DNA of 64,000 bases from Nemertoderma westbladi (lineage: Eukaryota; Animalia; Xenacoelomorpha), in assembly GCA_032718475.1 (NCBI GenBank), contig JAUCBJ010000256.1:1-64000 (forward strand), read 5' to 3'. The notes under the pieces are model-generated. The model made no database searches, was not told the origin of the DNA, and saw nothing but the letters and a program-made list of their open reading frames with translations. The position numbers and the translations under genes are program-made. Every line of letters starts with the position of its first letter. Positions within the stretch are counted from its first letter, which is position 1. This document shows positions 52,993 to 64,000 of this stretch, piece by piece.

Positions 52993-53299
52993 ACACGAGA
53001 CCGACTGGGGACCTCCGGACAAATGTTTAGCTCCTCCTGCTAAACAAGTCTAATCAAAATAATCACAAACTATTTTTATCAGATAAAATAAAAACCTCAT
53101 AGCAAATCGATTATTTAACTAATGTGAAAACATTCAAAAATAGTTTAAAATTGAATATAATAGCCGATTAAAGTAAAGGAACGTCAGTATTCGGTAAATT
53201 GCAGAAGTCAGTAATCCTAATCAAAACAGTAAACTATAGTAAATAAAGCAAATAGTTTAATAAGCGATCATTATGTGGTTTCGTACAGTTTTTATTACC

Positions 53300-53525
53300 A
53301 ATTACCCCGGACGCGGCTTGCGGCTTATCAAAAAAAATTGCGCCGCCACAACTCCCTATCACCCATGACATTTGCTAGATCATCCGCATCTTCAAGGCCA
53401 GTGTCATTTAAAAGGCGTCTCATGAAAGTCATCGAATGTCCACCATGCTTATTCACTCCGTGAGGCTGAATAAGCATACGATCGTGTATGGTTAAAGCAA
53501 TGTCCTGCTCCCGCAATGCGGCGGC
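53300..53525 (-). pseudogene. RTE LINE 3'-end fragment (a different family)
   Basis: QPHGVNKHGGHSMTFMRRLLNDTGLEDADDLANVMGDRELWR matches the RTE C-terminal pattern seen in 30367-30840. Confidence 0.7.
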
Positions 53526-54099
53526 TAGTAATTTAATGTTTAATATTTAATTTCGTAAGAAATTTAGCCTTTTAAAGAGAATACAGTGCGAAGCGTTTAA
53601 AAATTTAAAAGATAAAATTTTTTTAATATTTTTTTGATGTAATATCAAAGAAGTATCCAAAAATACAGTAATTTAAAATTTATTCAGTATTATATTATAT
53701 ATATATATATTATATATTATATTCAGTATATAGAGTATTATACCTTATCATGTGATTGTTTTGGTCTGTGAAATTAGAATTTCAGTTATTTCTCTTCACG
53801 GTAAATTCTTTATCATAGAGTGTTACACATATCGTTTCAATTGTATACAGTACATACACTTAACTAATTATTTACGCGATACCGTTTTTCACCATTTTTG
53901 TAGTGGGAAGAGCTTTTACACCGCCGTGTATATAAAGTATAAGGGTAATAGGAATACAACAAAATAACAATATTATTAATAATATTATGATTTTATAGGG
54001 CACCTTCTTCAAGTTACTTTATCAAAAAGCAATACAGAATTAAAAATAAAACGACGAAAGTGAAACATTAAGAAGGCCGCGCCCAGGTCACCTGGGTAA

Positions 54100-54386
54100 T
54101 CATAATGGAGTGCGGAAGATGGTTTTTTTCAGGTGAATCAGCTTACAGGCCTCTTTATCAATGAATTTTTAGTGTAAACACGTAAAACCAACGAACCCAC
54201 AATAACAGATCAGTACCGGTAAGGCCTGACATATGATTTTTATAGTATATTAACATTTTTGTTATTTTACGTGTTTAACCTAATACCTATCATCCATTGA
54301 TAAAGGCATGTAAACTGAATTATTTCGTAATAACCTTCCTTAACTTTGTTTCACCTGAAAAAATCTCATCCCCCCCACCCCGTTAT
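54100..54386. mobile_element. Small degenerate inverted-repeat element
   Basis: gatggtttttttcaggtgaa / ttcacctgaaaaaatctcatc and tttatcaatg / cattgataaa form nested inverted pairs. Confidence 0.45.
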
Positions 54387-54478
54387 AAAAGTTAAACAAT
54401 TAAATATCTGTTATATTAAACAGAACCAGTTTCATTACTACAAGTTCAGGGGGGTCTCTCTCTCCAGGTATTTAACTG

Positions 54479-54710
54479 TCAGTTAATTGGTTCGCTATTA
54501 ATGACGTCAGTAGTAAGTTTAAAATAAGCACTGTAAGCATGCCGTCTAAGTGTTGTCCTCGGAATGTTGTAGGCTATAGCAGCTCGTCTCTCTGGCATAC
54601 GTTTCATAAGAACAACACTAACAGCTTCCTCTAAGGCCTCTTTGGAATATAAAGAATTCCGACGTCTCGTCTTTATAAACCCAACATTATCAACAACATC
54701 AGCAGCATTC
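54479..54710 (-). CDS. Putative terminal exon A encoding a pipsqueak-type HTH domain (not in ORF track; no ATG)
   Basis: Acceptor tgtatttgttAG|G AAT GCT. Manual translation NAADVVDNVGFIKTRRRNSLYSKEALEEAVSVVLMKRMPERRAAIAYNIPRTTLRRHAYSAYFKLTTDVINSEPIN*. Confidence 0.82.
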
Positions 54711-57289
54711 CTAACAAATACAACGTTTACTGGAGGTTTCAGACAGTTGTTGTTTATTGTTAAACTACTGTCCCATTAGTATAAGTTACACTGTGAGGTA
54801 TAACGAACTAACAACACAAGTAGTAGGACAACCACATGCTACTCTAGTTGATTCAAAAATAATTAGAAAATTTATAAAAAAAACGGCATTTGGAATGCTG
54901 TGTAAACATACTGTAGAAGGAGCTCGTGCAATTTGTTATACAGTATATATTTAATTAACAAATTATATTTTATTATTAAACTTTTAAAGATCGCCTTGAA
55001 TTAATACAGCTAATTAATCCCATTTGTAGTTTAACATATTTGTACCTGTTTGTAGTTTAGCAACACGTCTGTAGCCAGACAAGTCAAAACCCACCAATTA
55101 ATATTTAGTATAGAGACCATAACTGTAGTACAATTAGTAGAGGCAGTAAAGGATTATATATAAATATATTTTTACTTTAAATGTACAGTAATAAAAAATA
55201 AATTATTCCTACAATAAAAATAATAGTCTTATTCCCTTTGCCCTATTAATTAACAAAAATATTTTCATATAACATTCATTGAGTTAAATTATCATAATTT
55301 AGACCTAAACAAACTTAAGTAGTTCAAAGGATTACCGGTACTCCAATACACAACTGTTACCACGCAACCATGGAATCGGGACACCTACCTCGGTACCTAT
55401 GGAGTGAGTGGTCATCGATTTTGTACTGTATAGGGTGCACCGCGGTGCAGTGAAACTGAACAGAATCGTATCAGAACGGGAAGAAGTTCTCGACAAAAAC
55501 AGCGGGTAGGTGCGTTGAGTCGGCGTATAAGCCGGTAACACAGCTACCGGAATTCTCCCTACCTACAGGTAACTCTCAGACTATGTTGGGTTTCTGGTTG
55601 TTTACATTCCACAGCACTCGTGTACCTGGACTTCACAAAGTTCCTGACCTTTCACGGCTAAATGGCGTATTGACTAAATACTATCCGTTAAAGTGGCTGA
55701 ATAAGAGATATATAGTAAATCATATTATATTTCACACTTTATATCCCATCGCGATATAAATATCACACTTTATATAACGCAGGGATATAAAGAACAATCT
55801 TATACCAGGCTTTTCCGTTATAATTCTAGAATTAAAGCAAATTTTAGGGATAAATTAGTTACACATAAAAAATATTCTGAAGCATTGGCACTGAATTATA
55901 TCAATTGGCACTGAAATATAATCATTGGCACTAATTTTTGGTACTAAAAAATGTTAATTGGTACAGAAATTGTATTATACGACATGTTGCTATAAATAAT
56001 TACTATCGAACCACAAAAATCGTCAAGTTCCATCAGTATTATTATCAAAATAGAATCAAACCTACTAATGAAATAATTAAACAATGAAGCTCAACATATG
56101 GGATATATTCTAGAGTATATTTATGTTAGATGGGGTCGAACTCGTTCGTTCACTACAGTTTCTATGCAGTCTATATGCCTGGGAGGCCAACACCGTTGGT
56201 ACTGAAATCGAAACATTTATTTTTGTGTCACTAAAACATGACCGTTATCTTTTGAACGGCATAAAAATCATTGGCTGTTAAATAAAATCCGTAATTTTTA
56301 ACTATCGTTTCCATATTACTTATACTAAAACGGCACTTAAATGTTAAAAAGGAATCACCACTTTTGCAATTCCTAAATTAAATTTACTCAAGAAATTTAC
56401 AATTTTGATAAATTTTTCGTAATACCTCTGTTTATTGTCCGTGTTAGTTGAAAACTGGCACCAACTTTATTAACGCCTCCTGGATGTTCACTTTTTTAGC
56501 TGTTTAGTACGTTGCGGGGTAAAAAACACACATAAATTGGTAACCGGGTGCACTAATAATATGTAACTGAGTACTCAAATTAGTGATAATAGAAAAAATA
56601 TTAGGGAATTTATATAGTCAGGGGGTCACATTGTACAAAAACAGTGAAAGTAGAGCCCCCCCCCCCCCCCCCTCCCCTCCCACCATCCAAACATTATTGG
56701 AAAATATTGTTTCAGAGTGTTTTTCGTAAATAACAAGGACAATTAATAAAATTATCGGTTACAATATTTATCTGGAATAAACTGGCTGTCCGTCAAACAT
56801 GCGTGGGGTAAATGCACCTCACACAGTCCATGAACCGTTAAAATACTATTCCATATGTTCTTAAAGAATTTATTAAATTTTTATAATTATTAATTATTAA
56901 ATTTTTAAAATTATTAATTATTAAATTTTTATAATTATTAATTATTAAATTAATATAATTATATATTGTATCAATTAAAATATATTAAATACGTTAATAC
57001 AGACAAATATTTATAACATAATAAATAATCAATTACACCATATCCTTGAATATAGTGTCGTGATTCAGTCACACTTCCGATATTCCTCAACCTTATAGCG
57101 AATACTTAGTACAGTAGCGCTTTACAGTGTCCTGATCTTTGCGAAGACAAATACCGTACGAAAATAACAAAACAAACATATTGCATCGTAAGAGTTGCTA
57201 CCACGCCTGTCCAGTCCATGACAGTTATTATTATTATTAAGTTGGGCTTTTAGCTAAGAAATGAATGATTTCAGCTTTGTCACTACACC

Positions 57290-57935
57290 TTTTCAACATG
57301 TATTTCAGAAAACATCACATTGATTTCATAAAATACATTTGAATTATATATTCTTTCATTTGGATTTCAATAATTGCATTTTGATTTCAGAATATTGTAA
57401 TTGGGGTTCATAAATTCCATTTAAATTTCAGAAAGTTATAATTGAATTTAACTTTTGCTATTTTCATTTCAGAATGTTTCAATTTGATTTTAGTAAACTC
57501 ATTTCGATTTCAAAATGTACCATTTGAATTTCAAGATTAAGATTTGAATTTCAGAAGGAACCAATTGGTTTTCAAAAATTCCAATTGCAATCCAGAAATT
57601 CCTAAATGTATTCAGGAAGATATATTTATAATATCAGAAAATTTAATTTGCACTTTAGAAAATTATAATTTAATTTCAGAAAATATTATATTTGAGTACT
57701 TGAGTTTCAGAAACAGTCTAATTGAGTTTCCGAATTTCCATTTCTGTTTCAGAATTTCCAACTCGATTTCAAAATTTTCATTTCTATTTCAAAATTTCCA
57801 ACTCGATTTCAAAATTTCCATTTCTACTGTATTTCCAAATTTACACTTCTATTTCAGAATTTCCAATTTGATTTCAGAATTTCCAATTTGATTTCAGAAT
57901 TTCCAATTCGATTTCCAAATGTTCACTTCTATTTT
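57290..57935. repeat. Degenerate ~20-bp repeats (ATTTCAGAATTTCCAATTTG-like)
   Basis: Recurrent atttcagaa/atttcca motifs, becoming near-tandem at 57730-57920. Confidence 0.6.
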
Positions 57936-58598
57936 ATATGATGGGGTGGGGTCGGAGGGTCGGGTCGTCGGATTTTGCTATTTTATAAGCGCTGACCGGC
58001 CAAACCGCAAAGTTTTAGATAGGTGGTGTGGTGTGATTTATAGTATTGGGACGGACAACTGGCGGACGAACTGACAGACAAACAGCCTAGATGCCGTCAA
58101 TAAAAAAAAATAGACATAGAAAGTTAAATCACCGACCAAGAAAAACCCCTTACAGAAAAACTAAGTTATGTGGTGGTAATCCTTATTGACGGATATTATT
58201 TGAAAACTCAACAGTTGTAAATATTGGTTCTGTCTACTGAGTGCTGATTTATTGACGGCCCTAAACTGACATTCTTACATATTGACAGACAATTTGAGCG
58301 GGAAGGTTTAAAAGTCCTTATTTGTTTTACCCGTTTTAATCCGATTTCAATTTCGGACTTCGCGCAGCACGTGACATAAACTTATGTTAAGTGTCTACGC
58401 GAAATAATTTCAAGCAAATCATACATAGACGTCCCATAATCAATTATGAAAGCCAAACCCGTCTACGGCACGGCCTGTCTACTATGAATGAATATATTCA
58501 TTTATTGGTTTATCGCCAAATTGAAATGTCTACTATGAATGAATATATACTGGTATTAGGCCTAGGCCTACAAGACCGCAATACGACCGAGTAATTCG

Positions 58599-60207
58599 AG
58601 TAATAGAATTCTATTGTATAGCTTTGCAGCAATCGAGATCAATGAGATTCCTCGAAAAGAACCATAGAGTGTTAGGTTGCCCTTCTTGGGAACTGGCACC
58701 AACTTATTTGTTTTCATTTCTTGTGGGACTCTTGTTGTACGGTACATGTCTACTATGATGGGATAGATGAGCTTTAAACACTCAGGTATTTTAAAGACCT
58801 CAGGGGGAACACCAGCTACTCCACTGGCACGATTGGTCTTAATGCTCTTTGCAGCAGCCTTCACTTCTGCAAAGGAGATATCACCAATGGGAATATCTGG
58901 GAGTACAGACTCAGACACTTTTACTTCTATAAAGTTATCAGGCAATACCCTGTCATTATTGAGGAGCTTTTCAAAGTGGGCCTTCCAACCATTGAGGCGA
59001 TCGGCTGGTGATTCAGCCTTAACCTTGGTGGTTGGTTGGCTTTTACGACCAGCAAGCAAGTTGATCGATCTCCATGCCTGGGATGATTGCCTGCTGTCGT
59101 CAGCATCATTGATGGTATCAACCTGTTGGTTTATTAGCTCCTGTAAATTAACAGAGTACTGCCTGTTCAGGGACCTAGATGCAGCCTTAACTGCATTCTT
59201 GGCCGCTGTAGTCTGTTTGAGTCGGGACTCTTTCTGCGCCTTGTAGAGGTCATTTCGGCATTTCTGAATTTTGTTGTCAGTCCAGGGGGCCCGTTTCCTG
59301 TTTCGAGAGTATACAGGAACTGTTTCTGCAGCTGCTAACTTAACTGCCTCTGTGAAGGCAGTATAGCCCTCACAGTGATCTGCCGCCTCAGAGGCAAGAG
59401 CCTCATACCTGTTGCTCAGCTGTAGTGTGAAGCTGGATCTCACACTTGGCTGTTGCAACAGAGAGGACCAGTCATGCCGCGGCAAGGCAGATTTCGTTGT
59501 TCTGCTAGCACGCAGACTAAGTCTTACCTTGGCCACAATAAGGCGGTGATCACTGGAGAAGGGTCGTAGTGTAAATGCATTACATTCTTGTATAGAGCTC
59601 CTGTATTTCCTACGAAACAGGATATGGTCTATCTGGGACTTGTGACCACTGGGTCCACTATGAGTCCATAGCTTTCCAGTTCGCTTCTTGAACTGGGTTC
59701 CAGCCGAAAACAATCCATTTCCAGAGATAAAATCCTGAAGATGGACGGAATTTCGGTTAACACTGTTGCTATAGACTCAGGGCGATGTAGGTGATTGATG
59801 CAGACTTGCATTAAAGTTTCCCAGGAATGTTAAGAATGCATGCTGATCCACTCCATCAGTAGCTGCTTGTAGATTCTGGTAGAATTTTTCCACCTCCTCT
59901 ACAGGGGCAACACTAGTTGGAGAGTAGCACACAATCAGAACCACCTTAGGAAACTTCTTAGCCAGTCTTACAGAACATGAGAAGTGGCAACGGATGATCG
60001 GTTAGAGATTTGGTCTATTTTGTCCAATGCTGCATGTGCAGTTGGATTCATCAATAGCCCAATCCACCATTGCCACTATCATCTGCTGAAGCGAGGGCGA
60101 GTCGCCAACCGCCCCCCATGCCCAACCTGCCCCCTTAATCAGAACCTCATCAGTATGTCCAGTCTGCATTCGGTGCTCTTGAACACCCACTGCGCTAAGA
60201 GAAAGGT
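58599..60207 (-). mobile_element. RTE-clade LINE fragment (endonuclease to start of RT), truncated at both ends
   Basis: GVQEHR, CYSPT, GNFN, SQIDHIL, SDH, VPKKGNL...FRGISLISIAAKLYNRILL, then abrupt loss of homology. The 5' side runs into the 32-bp satellite. Confidence 0.88.
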
Positions 60208-63200
60208 TTGTAAATACAACTTATATAACTTACCTTTGGTTGTAAATACAACTTATATAACTTACCTTTGGTTGTTAATATAACTTATATAACTTACCTT
60301 TGGTTGTAAATATAACTTATATAACTTACCTTTGGTTGTAAATACAACTTATATTACTTACCTTTGGTTGTAAATACAACTTATATAACTTACCTTTGGC
60401 TGTAAATACAACTTATATAACTTACCTTTGGTTGTAAATACAACTTATATAACTTACCTTTGGTTGTAAATACAACTTATATAACTTACCTTTGGTTGTA
60501 AATACAACTTATATAACTTACCTTTGGTTATAAATATAACTTATATAACTTACCTTTGGTTGTAAATACAACTTATATAACTTACCTTTGGTTGTAAATA
60601 CAACTTATATAACTTACCTTTGGATGTAAATACAACTTATATAACTTACCTTTGGTTGTAAATATAACTTATATTACTTACCTTTGGCTGTAAATACAAC
60701 TTATATAACTTACCTTTGGTTGTAAATATAACTTATATTACTTACCTTTGGTTGTAAATACAACTTATATAACTTACCTTTGGTTGTAAATACAACTTAT
60801 ATAACTTACCTTTGGTTGTTAATATAACTTATATAACTTACCTTTGGTTGTAAATATAACTTATATAACTTACCTTTGGTTGTAAATACAACTTATATTA
60901 CTTACCTTTGGTTGTAAATACAACTTATATAAATTACCTTTGGTTGTAAATACAACTTATATAACTTACCTTTGGTTGTAAATACAACTTATATAACTTA
61001 CCTTTGGTTGTAAATATAACTTATATAACTTACCTTTGGTTGTAAATACAACTTATATAACTTACCTTTGGTTGTAAATACAACTTATATAACTTACCTT
61101 TGGTTGTAAATATAACTTATATTACTTACCTTTGGCTGTAAATACAACTTATATAACTTACCTTTGGTTGTAAATATAACTTATATAACTTACCTTTGGT
61201 TGTAAATACAACTTATATAACTTACCTTTGGTTGTAAATACAACTTATATAACTTACCTTTGGTTGTAAATATAACTTATATAACTTACCTTTGGTTGTA
61301 AATACAACTTATATAACTTACCTTTGGTTGTAAATACAACTTATATAACTTACCTTTGGTTGTAAATATAACTTATATAACTTACCTTTGGTTGTAAATA
61401 TAACTTATATAACTTACCTTTGGTTGTAAATACAACTTATATAACTTACCTTTGGTTGTAAATATAACTTATATAACTTACCTTTGGTTGTAAATACAAC
61501 TTATATAACTTACCTTTGGTTGTAAATACAACTTATATAACTTACCTTTGGTTGTAAATATAACTTATATTACTTACCTTTGGCTGTAAATACAACTTAT
61601 ATAACTTACCTTTGGTTGTAAATATAACTTATATAACTTACCTTTGGTTGTAAATACAACTTATATAACTTACCTTTGGTTGTAAATACAACTTATATAA
61701 CTTACCTTTGGTTGTAAATATAACTTATATAACTTACCTTTGGTTGTAAATACAACTTATATAACTTACCTTTGGTTGTAAATACAACTTATATAACTTA
61801 CCTTTGGTTGTAAATATAACTTATATAACTTACCTTTGGTTGTAAATACAACTTATATAACTTACCTTTGGTTGTAAATATAACTTATATAACTTACCTT
61901 TGGTTGTAAATACAACTTATATAACTTACCTTTGGTTGTAAATACAACTTATATAACTTACCTTTGGTTGTAAATATAACTTATATAACTTACCTTTGGT
62001 TGTAAATATAACTTATATAACTTACCTTTGGTTGTAAATACAACTTATATAACTTACCTTTGGTTGTAAATACAACTTATATAACTTACCTTTGGTTGTA
62101 AATACAACTTATATAACTTACCTTTGGTTGTAAATACAACTTATATAACTTACCTTTGGTTGTAAATATAACTTATATAACTTACCTTTGGTTGTAAATA
62201 CAACTTATATAACTTACCTTTGGTTGTAAATACAACTTATATAACTTACCTTTGGTTGTAAATACAACTTATATAACTTACCTTTGGTTGTAAATATAAC
62301 TTATATTACTTACCTTTGGTTGTAAATACAACTTATATAACTTACCTTTGGTTGTAAATATAACTTATATAACTTACCTTTGGTTGTAAATACAACTTAT
62401 ATAACTTACCTTTGGTTGTAAATACAACTTATATAACTTACCTTTGGTTGTAAATACAACTTATATAACTTACCTTTGGTTGTAAATATAACTTATATAA
62501 CTTACCTTTGGTTGTAAATATAACTTATATAACTTACCTTTGGTTGTAAATACAACTTATATAACTTACCTTTGGCTGTAAATACAACTTATATAACTTA
62601 CCTTTGGTTGTAAATACAACTTATATAACTCACCTTTGGTTGTAAATATAACTTATATAACTTACCTTTGGTTGTAAATACAACTTATATAACTTACCTT
62701 TGGTTGTAAATACAACTTATATAACTTACCTTTGCTAGTAAATACAACTTATATAACTTACCTTTGGTTGTAAATATAACTTATATAACTTACCTTTGGT
62801 TGTAAATATAACTTATATAACTTACCTTTGGTTGTAAATATAACTTATATAACTTACCTTTGGCTGTAAATACAACTTATATAACTTACCTTTGGTTGTA
62901 AATACAACTTATATAACTCACCTTTGGTTGTAAATATAACTTATATAACTTACCTTTGGTTGTAAATATAACTTATATAACTTACCTTTGGTTGTAAATA
63001 TAACTTATATAACTTACCTTTGGTTGTAAATACAACTTATATAACTTACCTTTGGTTGTAAATATAACTTACCTTTGGTTGTAAATACAACTTATATAAC
63101 TTACCTTTGGTTGTAAATACAACTTATATAACTTACCTTTGGTTGTAAATACAACTTATATAACTTACCTTTGGTTGTAAATATAACTTATATAACTTAC

Positions 63201-64000
63201 CTTTGGTTGTAAATATAACTTATATAACTTACCTTTGGTTGTAAATACAACTTATATAACTTACCTTTGGTTGTAAATATAACTTATATAACTTACCTTT
63301 GGTAGTAAATACAACTTATATAACTTACCTTTGGTTGTAAATATAACTTATATAACTTACCTTTGGTTGTAAATATAACTTATATAACTTACCTTTGGTT
63401 GTAAATACAACTTATATAACTTACCTTTGGTTGTAAATACAACTTATATAACTTACCTTTGGTTGTAAATATAACTTATATAACTTACCTTTGGTAGTAA
63501 ATACAACTTATATAACTTACCTTTGGTTGTAAATACAACTTATATAACTTACCTTTGGTTGTAAATACAACTTATATAACTTACCTTTGGTTGTAAATAT
63601 AACTTATATAACTTACCTTTGGTTGTAAATACAACTTATATAACTTACCTTTGGTTGTAAATACAACTTATATTACTTACCTTTGGTTGTAAATACAACT
63701 TATATAACTTACCTTTGGTTGTAAATATAACTTATATAACTTACCTTTGGTTGTAAATATAACTTATATAACTTACCTTTGGTTGTAAATACAACTTATA
63801 TAACTTACCTTTGGTTGTAAATACAACTTATATAACTTACCTTTGGTTGTAAATATAACTTACCTTTGGTTGTAAATACAACTTATATAACTTACCTTTG
63901 GTTGTAAATACAACTTATATAACTTACCTTTGGTTGTAAATACAACTTATATAACTTACCTTTGGTTGTAAATATAACTTACCTTTGGTTGTAAATACAA
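60208..64000. repeat. 32-bp satellite array (>115 copies, continues past window), consensus TTACCTTTGGTTGTAAATA(C/T)AACTTATATAAC
   Basis: Directly visible 32-nt period, highly homogeneous. Confidence 0.98.

Noticed and set aside
46071-53022. Long ORFs (VPVWVTLPG / GCTCVGYLT repeats)
   Set aside because: By-products of the 27-bp satellite, with frequent frame switches.
43542-54710. psq exons as pogo/Tigger transposase remnants
   Set aside because: No following CENP-B HTH or DDE domain, no TIRs seen around them, and all three have same-phase acceptors and intact frames; disfavoured rather than disproved.

Overview
Animal (probably invertebrate) genomic DNA dominated by repeats. From left to right: (1) the 5' part of a BEL/Pao LTR-retrotransposon polyprotein, an open minus-strand ORF from ATG 4351 running off the left edge; (2) a ~10.8-kb 43-bp satellite; (3) an intact single-exon LRR/HormR/GAIN-7TM adhesion GPCR gene (19645-22449, minus); (4) an RTE LINE split by a nested near-full-length CR1 LINE; (5) a 24-bp satellite; (6) a hAT element with a perfect 8-bp TSD carrying a nested CR1/L2-group LINE; (7) several MITE/foldback elements; (8) two 27-bp satellite arrays; (9) a truncated RTE running into a 32-bp satellite. 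The most notable feature is three dispersed, paralogous minus-strand exons (54479-54710, 45668-45989, 43542-43788). Each begins at a same-phase splice acceptor, encodes one pipsqueak-type helix-turn-helix domain and ends in its own stop codon. This looks like an array of mutually exclusive 3'-terminal DNA-binding-domain exons, organised like mod(mdg4)/lola but with psq domains, whose shared exons probably lie to the right of the window. Several satellites also appear to have arisen in place from identifiable local seeds: a hairpin arm, an RTE coding segment and possibly a RecQ-like remnant. All calls are by eye, without database searches.
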